64,000 nucleotides of DNA from Balanoglossus misakiensis. Lineage: Eukaryota; Animalia; Hemichordata. Numbering within the stretch: position 1 is the first letter of the stretch; every line of letters begins with the position of its first letter. A model generated the notes under the pieces. The model was not told the origin of the DNA. It worked only from the letters and a program-made list of their open reading frames with translations, and made no database searches. Location of the stretch: assembly GCA_040954595.2 (NCBI GenBank), contig CM082590.2, forward strand, positions 9,239,764-9,303,763, in the 5' to 3' direction. This document shows, piece after piece, positions 25,401 through 40,400 of the stretch. Both the position numbers and the translations under genes were made by a program.

Positions 25401-28400
25401 GATACCGCAGTGTCTTGGTGGGGAGTCTTTTGAAACGCTTGATTCAGATGGAGCATCTCGTAAATGCGTTCTACTTGTTGTCCATTGAATTCTCGATCGC
25501 TGCGGGTGTGCGCAGTTTTTGTGAACGTCAGACAAACAGACTTCAAACATTTAAATTGACTCCTCCACCTTGCCCCATCATCTTCATTAAATCACTTGAA
25601 TTCACAAAACGCTCAACCCCAGAGCACTTCTACAAAGACCTCACCCCCAAGCCCTCGCGACTGTCCAGCCCTGTCACATCGCCACAACTCACATCTTTTA
25701 TCACAAGCATCCCCACATTGAAGAGTCAAATAAATAGCTGTAGAAACTCTACCAAGTTTTCAAAAGCTCTTTGTATGACACCATCACCTATACAAACCGG
25801 ATTGTCAAAATCAGACAAGCACGTCTAGTGTGATCACACACATGAAGACAGAACACTGCATAAGAGGAAACCTGCCTATACCAGACACCTCATCCAAAAT
25901 CTCTTTACACTGAACGTCGCGATACAATTTACAAAGAACCTCTATAAACCAGACACCAATACAAATACTAATACTGATTGATTTTTGAGCTCCTAATTTG
26001 GTTTTGGAACCAACACTTACATTCATCATCGGTGTGTAGTTTCTTCCTCAACTCTTCCATTTTCTTCTCATCCTTCTGTAGTGTCAGCAATCCAGCTTTT
26101 TCCTGTCAACAACAGACAATAATGTTGAAATAATACAACAGAATTCGAACTGATTTTATGACATTGTTTTCCACTACAAAGCACAGAACATTGGCTTGTC
26201 AAATTGTTAGTACATTTCCCGGTCAGGGGGTTGGTAAGACCCAACTTTGTCACTTGAAAAACTTGGTTCGACTACATGCTATTCTGGTAACTCACAGTCC
26301 CTTGGGGCAATAGACGGGTACTATTGCCCCCACGGCCCAGGCAATATTTGTTCTCTTACCTTTCTCAGGGTGGCTCGGTTGATGGTGCCATCTTTGGACA
26401 TCTCGAGCTCTTTGCATAGTGAATATTCTTCATGATTTGTAACACCTGAAAAAGAACCAAAAAAACCCAAACATTAGTGGAAAATTTCGGCTACAGTACA
26501 CGCAAGTTGGGATAAAAACACACCGGGGGGAAAATCAAAATTGCACCAACAGAACTGAAACAAAGATGATTGATATGGGCAACATAACGAGTTCATCAAT
26601 GTTTTTTTGATGATCAGAAAACTCCTATACTAAATAATTCAACATAATGTAACAAACGTGATTCACAGGCACGAAAAAGCACCGACCTCATAAAAAATAT
26701 GATAAAGGTATTTTCTAATCATCGGGACTTGGCACATTTTTTTGTTATTTTAATCAGAAAAATAATGTACCGATATACAAATACATAATAAGGCAATCAA
26801 ATGAGTTGCAATAATTCAGAAACTTGCTATTTCAGTTCTGCGGGTTCATTACACTGTCGAAAATTGACTGAAATCATCATCAGTCGGAACACAATGCCCA
26901 ATGTACAGAAAACATTTTCAACACGTCTCGTTTGCATTAAGGTAGATTACACCTCTGGGAAGGAGCTGAAGAAATAAAGCATTCTTCAAATTGTTCTATC
27001 CTTTGCAAAATTAATGTTTATGAGTTGTCATTTTCTAAAATAAGAAATAAATGGGGTATTTATGAGGGTGTTTAGTGAGAAGATTAGCAACATTTGTTAG
27101 AGGTTTGGACCGGGCAGCCATCTTGAATATCACCATCTGATTTTTAACAGACAGAAGGAAATGTGTACAGACAATGCATACAGAAACCTTTCAGTCTTAT
27201 ATTTTCATGGCTGTACACCAATAGTCAAGGGAACGATCTCACTTATACATGCAACACACACACTGAGTACAGACTTGTAATATGCATGCAACGCACACAC
27301 ACACATCGCTACAGACCTGTGCACTTCCAAGTTTTGATTTATTACAAGAACCTTGAAAACTGCACAGTTCACATGCGCTCTGATGATGAATTATTGACCA
27401 GCTCCTCAGACATTAGATGTTTCATCACAGCTTTAGGAGTTTATACAGGCTCTTTGACACAAAGAAACATCAGTGTGTATATTGTGTGATGGATTTTCTG
27501 TTTTAAAGATGCAATGTTTTACAAGGAGATTTATCATTTTCAAGTTATATCTTACAAAATTTAAGAGATGACTGATTCGTTGCGGCTTCTTGTAGATATG
27601 CCGGCAGACTTTTTTAAAATTAAAAATATTATTCATTTGACCAAAGTGATAAATCTCACGATGATAAACTTCCAAAAACTTGAACATGAATCATAGAGGC
27701 ACAGAGATTTGTCCATGATGCATGAAGACACACAGCTTTGCAGAGTAAAAGTTTGACAATGTATAATGAATTCAGAAGTTGAGTCTCAACAAACAATTTT
27801 CAAGATTTGTCTTTTGAGAAATACTCTCCACACAATTTTTACACAGATGGCTTGCCAAGTACTCAGCGTGTCTGAACAAACATCGGACGTGTTTGCGGAC
27901 ACGAGAATGAGAAGTAAGCGCATCCCACTAAGCAACGGAACTGGTCGACCCGATGTTTGCATTTATGGCCCCTTGCGCCACTTTTTCCGTGAACAGATCC
28001 GTTCAGTCAACAGATACTTTCCCCAAATATTTGCTTGATTCCTTCATCGGGTCTAATATTACAGTATCATGAAGCCTGGTTTTTATTTCAGTCACTTAAC
28101 TTCCTTGCGATGAAAGACACTGAGTCACTAAACCATGCCTTTGTGTAATTATACTTTTCATATTTCAGACTTACAGTACTTGCAGGAATGAGTAGAATAT
28201 GGTGCCATCTACAAACTACAGTAAAACCTGTCTAAACTGAACACCAAAGGGGCAAAGGAAATTGTTCAGTCTATGGAGGTGTCTGGTTTATAAAGGTGAA
28301 TCTATGTCAAACTCAAAGGGACAAGAAAATGTAATCGGTATAGACAAGTTTCCAGATAAGACAGGGTTCGGTTTAGACAGGTTTTGCGGTATATTTTTGA

Positions 28401-31400
28401 AAACTATGGGTTAATTTAAAAAGGCAATTATCAACCCCTGGACTTCTTGCAATACACCAAGCGACTGTTTATGTTTTGCAAAGCCCCCAAAGTTTGCTTT
28501 CTATTGAAATATTTTGTACTTAGACCTCAGAATACAACTCACAGAGGCATTGTGACTGTTATTACACACACAGATATCCAACCCCTCCCACAGCGACTAA
28601 CAGAAGAATCTCCAAGGAGAACACTACTGAATATTGTCTTAACCTCACTGCCCCATTAAGCAAGATAGACAGTCCACTGCCTTTCGGTTGACTATACACA
28701 GAATTATGATTTTTATTGCTGCATCTTTGGATTAGAGCTCTGCTGGGAATTTCCGGCAGTCATTCCTTTGCCTTTCTTATTTAATGATCCATGGATTTCT
28801 GAAGACGGAGTTTATGTGAATTTTTTTATTGAGTCTTTATTTGATCTTCTCACTTTGGTTCGTTAAGATTTGATGATGAAATCTCTGTGGGCACACTCTT
28901 CAGTATTTGAACGCCCGAGAAAATTTCCTGTTTTGAAAGAGGCTTTTGATTTCTTCCACAGCTGTACCACAAATTGGAATGGATGACCGAATTTGCGTGG
29001 AAGTGAAAAATTCTGCCTACTGTGGAGAGAACAATGATACTTTCATAGGGAAAAATTAAACTGCTGATACATATATGCTCTTTTCTTGTAGGGGAAGTAA
29101 CACAAACTAGATTTTATTATCATGACTGAACAATAAAGCTATGTTGCACTGTAACCTCCTTCTAAACTTCAAACCCACAGGGTTTACCAAAACACTCGAC
29201 CGAAAGCACATTTTTTCACTTTGCCAAATTACACATTACTGACACGGTGTCACATTGTTTTGATATTCAGAACTGACATCTGATTTACAGAACCAGTTAG
29301 TTGGCCAATCCAGCTGAGAACAGAGCAAAATGGACATGCTTAACTTCCGACATGTTCAGCTCGCCGCGAGGGTCACCAAGGTCACAGAGAGTTTCAGTAA
29401 GTGACGCGAGTGTAATATTTTTCAATACAGCGCTGCCATGGAACATGTTTCTATGAATTGGGTGATTGAAAATGCAGTCAAAACTGTCAGGCGAGATTAC
29501 TGGCGTGTCTTGTTTAGCTGTTACTGGGAAAACGATGACAACTGAATATTGATGTGCCGTGTTTTTGTCTTTATGAAAAAGTGATATAGATTGAAGTGCT
29601 TTGCCTGAACGCACTTCCTGTCAGATCGTATTGAGGATGCTGCTGCATCGCTTACTTTGCTGTGGATTGCTGCATCACAGTTGCTGTTCCTCAGCAAGCA
29701 AATGCATTGCGACTACTACATGAACACTCGTTTTCCCTTTCACGTAAAAGCAAAAAATCTTAGTTGTGAAAAATGACCACTTCTTCTGCGAAGACAGAAT
29801 TCTTTTCAGGGGCAGATTTTATGTCAAATCTACAGTACACTCCCGTTGTTTTAAAGAAGGGTGTTGAAATATCTGAGTCCGGACAGGAAATGACGTGGCC
29901 TTTTTGAAACTCTGAATATGATCTGTATCTTTCCGATCATCACAACACCATTACATTTTTATGGGCTTCATTCACAGTGAACAAGATAGAGGAACAATGG
30001 ACTGTCTGCATTAGTTCAGTATGTGCAACAATGCTCAATTTCCATATAAAATGTCAAACACAGTATAAATGACATTTCCTTTGGCGACTTACGTGATTAT
30101 ATCGATATCAGCTGGCGTAATAACACTGAATGGACAACACCTGACGTTTCGTTTCTTTTGTATATATTACTTGTAATTTACTAGCTGAGATCAATCAATA
30201 CAAGTAATTTCAGATGAGCATCACCACTAGGGAGTGGTCAGTATATATTACTGGGGGGGGGGGGGGCATATGAGTGGATAGTGGAAAGTAACAACTCAGG
30301 TGCAGGGATAAACCAGATAATGTGCCGGGGAGGGGAGTGGGCAGACAACGACATGTACATCTGTCACCATGAAAAGATGCAGTTGTTTTCTAAACAACAC
30401 TATCTGTGAATTCATTCCAAATAGTTAACCTCTATAGATTCAGAGATGCTATTTTCTCCCCATAAAAAGCATGCATAGCTTGAATATAATCTTGCACCAA
30501 CAGGGTGAGTGGGTTCTTAGCTATGCTTTTCTCGTTGCTCCAACTGAGGTACACATAAAACAGAGGACTTCACCATCATTCAAAACCGGAACCACTGACA
30601 GTAATTTGTCTAGACATGATTAAAAAAGTGATGTCCGAACGTTACTCCAATATTACGTTCTTGTCCTGCCCACACTGTCACTGGGACTCAGCTTAATCAT
30701 ATATCAGTGATGAGTTCATCATTGTGGAACTTCAGAGGGTTAACTCAATTCGAGGAATGTCACTTTCATGACGGTGTAACGATGATACATGGCTGTGTGC
30801 AGGTGGAGGAATTCATTCAATTTCAAAGTTTTCCCATGTGACATCCCACCATGTCAATTTAATAATTGAGCTTGAACTATGGCCTTCGTGTTTTTCCTTG
30901 ACTCTTAGGAATCTAAGGAGGTAATTCCTGATAACTACTTATTGTGAATAGAAGTTTCATATGTGTATAGACTGTATGTGTGTACGTTCACATGTACGTA
31001 CGTACGTACATATGTATGTACGTACGTATATATACGTACGGATGGATTGATGGATGGATGGATGAAAGAACGACTGAACGAACGAATATGAACGAACCGA
31101 TGGATGGATGGATGGATGGATGGAGCAGTGTTCCCTCTAAGTTTTTTTTTAAGAGAGTGCAAAAGTTTGGCTTCGTGGATGGTACAATATCAGGGCGTTC
31201 CTCTTGATGTCTGTCAGACTGGACACAAAAACAAGAACCATGCATCCTGAGTAGGACAAAAGTGTTGAGGAACTTCTAGCACTATAAAAGGCACAAGTGA
31301 TTTCGAGCAATGCCATATCCGAACAGAATCCTACTCTTGGGGGTACAGACTATGCCAGTTGCATAACTTATCTATCGCATGACTAATAATATTTCTTTCC

Positions 31401-34400
31401 TCTTAGCAGAAGCACACTGCATCCCAAGGCATATGAAACTTACATCTGCATTGAAGGTCAGCTGTGAACACGAATAGCAAATGCCTGTTTCCGCATTCAT
31501 ATTGTTCCTTAGGGGTCCCCCTGTAAACTTAAGCAGCTGAGCCAACAGTCACCTTTCCTGACACAGACACAGTGCAGCTTGCCAAGTGGGTGCTGTTCCA
31601 ACTCACAACTTGGATAATTGTTTAAACAAAACAGCTTGGAGAATTACTTTCGCATCTTTGCCCGATGCTGAGTGGACTTTCGTTTAAATTAAAGTCCAAT
31701 TAAGGGAATGAAAGGTTAGTAACCCCTTTTCCTGTGTTTGCATTCAGAATTTTTACATCTCTGATGTGCCCGGTTTTATTTTAAATTGAAGGACTTAACG
31801 CAGCTACGAAACCATGCAACCAGATGGCCAGAATTACAGATGAAACTTTTACGGAATAGCAAGGTAATACTATAATGTAGTGATTTTATCCCAAATTCTT
31901 CAACTTACCTAAACGTGCACAGATGGTAATAACAATCTGACTGACAATGTGGCTGTCATCGATCTGTAAAACAAACAGAACAGAAATGAATATATTAGTC
32001 ATCAGATCAATGATATCAATCAAGCACATCTTTGTAACCTTAGTAAACTGCACCATTTTGAAATCACTTCTGAAGGATGTCCATCACTATGAAGGCAAAC
32101 TTTGCCATGTGTATATGAACATCGAATACACACAAACCAGAACTGCCAAGACCATTGGTACAAGAGATCAAGATTCCTGAATTACCCAGTCTGATACCAC
32201 GAGGCAAATACACACAAGTGTACATCCACAGTAATGTAATAACTGGCAAGGAACATAGAAGGAACTGACCTATTCGCATAGCAAGAGATTAAATCTATAC
32301 AAGTTGAATTAACTTTCTAAATTCCATAGACGTTCCTCTTCCCTGCGATACAGCCTCTAGACTACTTTTAAATCCCTTTCAAATTCGCAATTAACAATTT
32401 CATACATCAGATTTTTCATTTTGACAACTAATATCTCATTCAGCGCGCCCTGCGTCCATTTCCAATCACGTGTACAGACACCGCATGGACTAAGAGCATC
32501 CCCAAACTTCATTAGCAATTCACTTGATTCATCAGCCTCTACAGATCTGCCTTTGTAATGGACATTTCAAATTGAATTTGAAGACAAAGCCTGCATATCT
32601 TCATCCTTAAGTGATGTCCCCCGCATACTTAATGGACAATACTTGATTCGGCCAGCTGTGGGGATTTTTAAGCACCGATAAAAAGTTGCAAAGATGCCAG
32701 CGGTTCAAAGATAATTTCTCAAGCAAAGAGTCTGACCATCTGGGCTACTACGATCATACATAACACTATACAGTATAATTTACCAAAGGATCTGGATCTA
32801 TGTGCTGGGGAGTGAGTCTACCATGGATGTCTGTCTGTCTTTCCATGATTGAATTAGTGCGTGTTCATAATCTACCAGAATGGCAGACTTCTCTCAAATT
32901 CAAGGACAAAGATTACATCAAACGGTCTAATGGAGCTCGAATATTTGATACTATAAATCACACTGGCAATCGCAAAAGTGGATTTAGGTCCTATGTGGAT
33001 ATCAAACCCTTCATGTACACTGTTAAGAGTAAATCACCCTTGAAATGAAATTACCAGATTCCCCATCTACCAATCTATCCATCCATGCAGTGCTTTTTTG
33101 AATTAAAAGATTTCGCCAGACAGCAGTGGGCTTCTCATGGTAATAAACTTGCATTTTTACAGAATTTGAACTTTGGACCTACTGTACTATTAATTCACAT
33201 CGCACAGTAAATCACTCAGCCAAACCTTCACCATCGGAAAAGGGCGATTCAATAACTGAGTAAGATGCTGCAGTCTTTGACCTGTCTATAAAGGCCTCCT
33301 GTCTATAAAGGCCAGTTTAGAAAAGTCCATTGACTGGCCACTATAGACAGGTTTGACTGTAGCTGGATACTTCAGCAGTCCTGTCCAAACCAATGCACTG
33401 AATACAGATGGAGCAGATACATCACCCACCACTGCTCTCCTTATCAGCTAAGTACTCAATCCCTGAGCAGTATAGTAACTAAAAGCAACTTTATCCGCGG
33501 TTAAATAACGACTGTCCAACTGTCTCTCTCCGCGAAGCTCCATTGATTGCGGCTGGAATTCCTAATTGATTGGGAATGCAGATGGCTGATAGGCCGTTCC
33601 CATGACAATGACCACATCTCTAGAATTCCAATCTACCATGTCAATTTGATTTCAATTTGCCCTGATTTGCCGAGAGAAAGTGGCACGATTTTGAAGACTT
33701 GATTACAGCTATGAACAATATTGCTCAATTACCGCAACAATGGAAGGAACTCGTGCCCTGGCAAGGAGCACCATAGTTCGATTTTGTGATCTTACTCTTC
33801 AAGAGATCTGGATAAAAGACGTTTCAACTTAAGATAGCTCGTGCATCCAGAAGAAGGTAATTGCATCAGAGTTAAACAATTAGCTGGATCTTATCACTGC
33901 CCATTGCCTGAAATTGCTTGTGTTTGCAACTGATAATGCTTTTCTCAGATATCTGTGAATGCTGATTGTTAAGTCCACAAAACCTTGACAATCACGATAA
34001 GACAATTATCTTCACAACTAAAAGACTTTACATTTTGTCATTATTATCTCAAAATAGAAGTTGTAATAAAAAGACAACGAGAGGCCATACTTCTTGTTCA
34101 GTATGTTCTGAAAGCTCTCTTGAAAAAAAATCCAAAAAACTAAAAGTTATTATATTATCATTCATAGGTCAAACGTGTCTATGCTCAATAATAATTATCA
34201 GGTAAATTAATACAGTCAGTTTTTGCTCATTACATGTAAGTTTCATATTGTATCTTATTAACAGGATATGGTATTTCAAAATCATCAAGGTACATTCAGT
34301 CTATGATGTCTGATTTATTACCTTGCAAGAATTCAAGAAGCGAACGAGATGGGTGCCAGATAGCTGAAGTTTTTTCAACACCTACATTTATAAATATTCA

Positions 34401-37400
34401 TTATTGTAATTCACTGGTAATATAAGATGATGCAAACATCTCCTGGGGAATGCAAAACCTGTGTACATCCATTTAAGGTGATGAAGAGCAAGTATCTGAA
34501 CCATCTAATTTGAACTTCATGCATGGATGGATTTAGATTCGGGAATTAATATATTACCCTTACAGAATTACAGACCACCTGACCTTGCCCGTAAATGTGG
34601 GATTGGAATCTCAATGAAGTGTGACCAAGTGTTCTTCACTTTGGGGGTAATAAAATGATGCTTGGATTTTCAAATAAATTACTGTAAGTTCAGAATTTGC
34701 ATCAAACATGCCAAAAGTGGAGATGCCAACTAGCGTTTGCCGGTAGATGGTACATGCAGCGGGGATCTGGACAGGATAAAGCGACAGGGTTTGAGAGAGT
34801 GTTTCTTTCTTGTGCAATACTGTAAAACGGGTTATTTTCGTGACAGGAAATTTTCGCGATATCAAAAGAGACAACTGTTATGTGAGAATTAATTTTCGCG
34901 TTCTTGTAGATCAATCATTATCTCCGAACAACATTTTACGTGACTTTTTATTTTAACATTTTTTGGCTCTCGCATATTTCGCGGAAATGTATTGCTCGCG
35001 AAAATAACCCGTTTTACAGTACTTCAATCTCCTGGCATTGATATTCCGGAAGCGTTTCACAGTTACATGAACATTGGCACCTCTGTGTCTGTAGCAATTG
35101 TACCACTGATGAAACTCGGTTTGATTGCGATAAGCAGAGTAAAGAAAGTAAAGAGACAAGTTGGAGGCTCCACAATCATTCTGCTGATTGAGTGTATCAG
35201 CGAGGGCTATGATTGCTAGGCTTTGTGAATTAGCAAGGGATGTTCAGTGCTCTGAATGCTTAGCAACTTCCATGACACACAAGACTGTGATGAAATTATG
35301 CACATTCGTGTATACATACATACATACATACATACATACATACATACATACATACATACATACACACATACATGTACATACATACATACATGCGTGTCTG
35401 CATTTGCATGCACACACACACATACAGACAGAGAGCCAGACAGACAGACAGAGAGTCAGACAGACAGACAGACAGACAGATATGAGTTACACAAGTGATA
35501 TCAGCCAGGGGATGTAAATTTGGATCAACCTTGAATTACCACACGCAGAGTAATGGAGTAAAGCAAAACTGAATTTGTCACACGTATTGACCAAATGATA
35601 AATCCATTGCAAATTACAACAACATAACCAATTTGTCCGACAAACAGCTGCCACATTCCATGTCATTAGACAGAACACAGTTGCCGCCTAATCTCAACAC
35701 TTTATGTATCTCTCTCTCTCTATCCATGCAGGCAGAAGCCCGGGCCGCTGACAAGTCAGAATGATAAATTAACCTGACCTAATGGGGGTCAGGCATCTCC
35801 TATTCACAGCTAACCTTGTTATCTCCTAGAGGTGTTAATACACATGCTGGGGACCACAAGTAGCCAATCCGTTAGCGACATCATCAGATCTCGCAATTGG
35901 TGGCACATGGCACATATGCACACTTAAGTCAACTTATCGCAGAAGTATCAAATCTTCATTTTAGCCACTTTGTGTAAAGTTCCCAATTATTTCAAGAGGA
36001 TGGGGGTGCCTTGGAAGGTTCATTATTTTTCTGGTCACGTTGAAGAAAACAGGTTGAGAGTTGACTTCTTTCTGTCGTGTTTTTTGCATCTCTGGGACTC
36101 TTGTACACATTTCCAATCAAGGGGTTCTAGAGAAAAGTCATGATTAAGAAATTAGAGGCATGTTCCTGCCTGTAGAACTACTGGAAAGAATTTGCGTAAA
36201 ATTAACCTTAGCTGGAAACAGTGAGGTCAGTATCCCTTCTCATAAATGATTAAAGGTACATAGGGCAAATATTCCACTTTTTCTAATATCATAATATCTG
36301 CCAAATGATTGACCTCTTGGGTTCTTCTATTGCAATGTCAGGCCAAGCATCCATACCGGATTCTGCACACTTAATATTCCATACATTAATCAGCATCTCC
36401 GAGAAACACTCCATTTATGACCCCACAGTCCAACTTAGGAATTCAGCGCACACCCTTCACACTTGGTTTATCAAGATCCAAAAAACGCCGGGACCAGGCG
36501 GGCCCAACATCAGACTACGCAAGTACCACCGACGCCCTATCCATTGATGAATCAGCACACCAATCCCAACGCTCCAAAACAGCAATTACAGGCAGCGTAC
36601 AAGTCCCCAGAGCACTGTCGACTAAACTAAGGCCAAAGCAATTTATTGCTCACCAGTCCACTCTGTTAATTTGTAATTTTGAAATAACTCCGGATTAATG
36701 GAGCAAGTCTATTTGGAGATCTTAAAAGTGATTTACAACATGTTAGTCATAGAGAATGGGGCCCCACTGTGGTTTCTGCACAAGGCGAGAATTGGCCAGT
36801 GCAAGTACGGGTGATCGTTTCATAATTTCCTTCAAAGTGAAGACAACCTTGCCCTTTTTTTAAAATCAGCAAATCAGTCATTTAAAATTTATGAAATTCA
36901 GTGCAATTTTGAAGTAGGATGAGTATGTCTGCAAACAGCCATGAAATTTGTGTGATTTTCCAAGGTGTTTTTTTGATTTATAAGGTACGACTGTATCCTT
37001 CGTTTAGAAATAGAAATATCAAACAGCACCAGTGGTCTTGTCCCTTCCACAGTTCGAAGTTGCAGCTAGTCCCTGTTTCGAAAAGACTACCAACAAATAT
37101 ATGCAACTTTATTTTTAGATCTTCGAGTAAAACTGGCTGAAGACGATGAATAAAATGATGAATGCTGAATACACCATCTGCCTCTGGAGTACTTAACCAT
37201 TTCATCACCATGGTACGGTCCAATCCACTGTTTTCTATGGTAAAGTTGGACCTCTATACATGGAAATGGGGGTGAAAGGGTCAATCATGTGAGAGTGACA
37301 GTACAACCAAGAATGAGGTGTATGTTTTTCTGAGATGTATTGAGAGGCACCATACTTTTCTTTATTCACTATATGCTATATAGGATACACTGTTATGGAC

Positions 37401-40400
37401 AGAGAAATATGAAAAGCGCTTTGAGACACTCACATGGTACGTTAAATGAAGTTGACCTTGCACTAGACATTCTTGTGGCAATGACTGGCTACATTGTGCA
37501 CATCAAAGAAATGCAAACTCTTTCAATCTCTCAAAATATCACAACCTTGATATTTTGATTCACCAGAACTCGTCTGTTTACACTGGCATATACAGGTTAA
37601 TGGAAATACGATGTCTGACAAACAGATATAATGGTCCTATTCATCTGCACATTAAGTGGGACTGCAAAGAGTGTGTGATTTTCAATCATTACTTATTTCC
37701 TAAGAAAGCATTACACATGCATCTCGGTGCATTATATGATCAAAACCATCAATAATACAAACAGCGCTGCCCGAATAATCTTCCAATGCATTTCAAACTG
37801 TCAACACATCTAGCATTGTGAATCTCTGACGGTAATGCGTTTTACTGAAACTACATTTTTGTCCAACACACACAAGTGCATCTACTGAGTATTAAAGCAC
37901 CTCGCAACATTATAAGTTGCAAACGACAAACTCTAAGCTATTTTCTCAAACAAACTATTTTGGGCATGACCTGTGTTTATCTTGTTACAAGCAGAATTAA
38001 CCATCTGGACAGGATGGATCTATGTACCATCTAATTACTGAACATCGATCGGTTGTTGCGTAGCATCTTGATTATCTCCACATTTCACATTCTACATCCA
38101 ATGCCATTGAACTCTGTGATGTACCATCTAACAAGAAGATAACAGACCAGCTGCATACCCACACAGACAGTCGTGTACCAACAGACCAAAATGGCAACGC
38201 ATCAATTCGCATCCACCCGACCAGTGATGAAATCGCACAATCCATTGGTACAATCAATCACACCAGACAACTGACAGCAGAGTACCAATTACCAACTGAT
38301 ATATGTAGTGGAAGTCCACTCATCATACAGTTACCCAACATAGTTTATATTATTGCTCATAAAATATGCCTTGATTAATACACTACATATATACCATCTC
38401 ATCAATGTACAAGGCCCTGTGTGAGTTTACAAACTGTTGTTTCAACCGCACACACTATGTTTGCAAATCACCAGATCTATTCATGGTATGTCCATTTGAT
38501 GTCAGCTTGACCATGAGTCTCATCAACCTTTTCACCACCATGGTTTGGTCCAAATCTATTGTTTTCTATAGTAAACAGAGAACCGGGGGTGAAAGGGTTA
38601 ACATTTCCAAATCTGAACCATACATGTACTTTTTTCCCTGGACTGGACCTAGTTTTAGAACTATTAAGGAACACCACAGTGCATTCATTAAACTAGTAAT
38701 GATGACTCCCTTACAACAATCATTAAATCTCTGGACTAAAAGTCATTCACAGAAACCGTTTAGATTCTAGACAACATAAAACATCTGACCTCATCAATGT
38801 AAACGACACCATAAACATGCAAGGTACCATCGATTAAAGACCAAAGACCCCAAGTTATCTTGTTACATCAGAGCGTCATATTGGCCAGCCTATTACTGGC
38901 CAATAACTAACACTGACCATGACCAGTTTTATTTCTAGATGAGCAGATTAATGTAACAGTTACATGGCCATAAAAGTTACTTGGTATGAGGCATGTTCTA
39001 TAGCAGTAATCCATTAATTTCAAGTCTGATTAACTTGACACGATCATGAGGACAATCTAAATGCAAAACGAAATTCACATCTTTGAGTTTTCCCCCACAT
39101 GGGTCTGTATCAACAACACATACGGATGATGTAGTCAACACCAAGTTAAATGAAAATTAATCGTCATCATCTTCTGCTCCATCTATAGGCTCGGTATGTA
39201 CGTATGTATGTGTGCATGTGTGTTTATGTATGTATGTGTGTCTGTTTGAGTACAGACATGAAAACAAACACCCACAAAGCCAACCATGACAGAGACAACT
39301 TTATAAATGTTAAACCAAAGTGTAGAGCTTGTAGCCAAGTGAATGCAAATTCTAAAATTTGCATTCTGACTGCGCTCTCCATTTGAATATTCATCAACTA
39401 CATCCTGCTATCGGTGCTAACACCATCCTGAGATCAGCTGTGACCAAAACTTTCACATGTATTTTGCTCACTAATACAGTCGCTGACTGCGAACATGTGA
39501 TTAAGTTCATGTCGCGAAATCTACATGTACATGTCAGCACGTGGCGAGGACTTTTCTTTTCATCAGCGCCAGTCGGCACTCGGAAAAAGTGAAATTTGAT
39601 GCTCTTCTGAAATTGCCTGTTCCATACAGCGAGCAGCTTTACTAATTCCGAGCGAGCGCAGATCACAGGCGAAAGATCATGAACAAGAACCGCAGCAGTA
39701 AACGAATGATGAACAGACTTACCATAACAGTTTTGATAGCTCCATCTAACATCTTGGCCCTCAAGGGACGCATCTTCTTCTTGTATTCTAAGAGATCCTG
39801 TATTCAGAAATGAAGCAGAAAATTTGATTAAAGACACAACGCTATTGAACCAATCTCTCTTTACATTCCGTGGTCATGCTGTATCTCTGACACTATCAAT
39901 CCTGTTTGTAATTAATTTCTGGATTACGCTCTGATCCCAGGGATTTAGAATACATACATGTATTCCACACAGAGCTTTGTCATTATGGATCATTACAGAA
40001 CCTTGACAAAGCTGTATTACACACAATTTTACATCATATGAGAGGAAACTTCACATATTTTCACATGAATCTCATTTTTTTTATCAAGGCTGAGATATCA
40101 TTTACGTGTCAAAAGCTGCTGTTCACTCGAAGCTTATGCAGTTACTAGAGGATATATACATATCTAGACGTACAGTAATCAAGTTTGAAATGACACTCTA
40201 AATGTAAATTTACAGATCATTTGAGAAAAATGAATTTTTTTATTGAAGATCTGAATCCAATCTGTAGGTCATTTGTGACAAAGAGACCGTTCTAAGCACG
40301 CAAGGTGTTATTATCATTTATTTTTCAAGTGTCAAAAATGTTGAAAAGCCTTGGAATGTCATAATTATGCGGGTGCCAACTCAAGATGCTGCAAAGCACA

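Noticed and set aside
25174-25828. Longer intronic ORFs (137 aa at 25415; also 39394, 45797, 55335, 61862) as nested genes
   Set aside because: They show no recognisable domain, have random-like composition and no consistent splice structure. 39394 overlaps talin exon 3 in another frame.
33796-33807. 12-nt unit with a good acceptor and GTAAGA donor
   Set aside because: It contains an in-frame TGA. It could be a poison exon but is equally expected by chance in an 8-kb intron.
26446-39722. Mutually exclusive duplicates of the small F1 exons
   Set aside because: I searched by eye for second copies of the DDS...ICAR and EYKKK...LDG exons and found only one of each.
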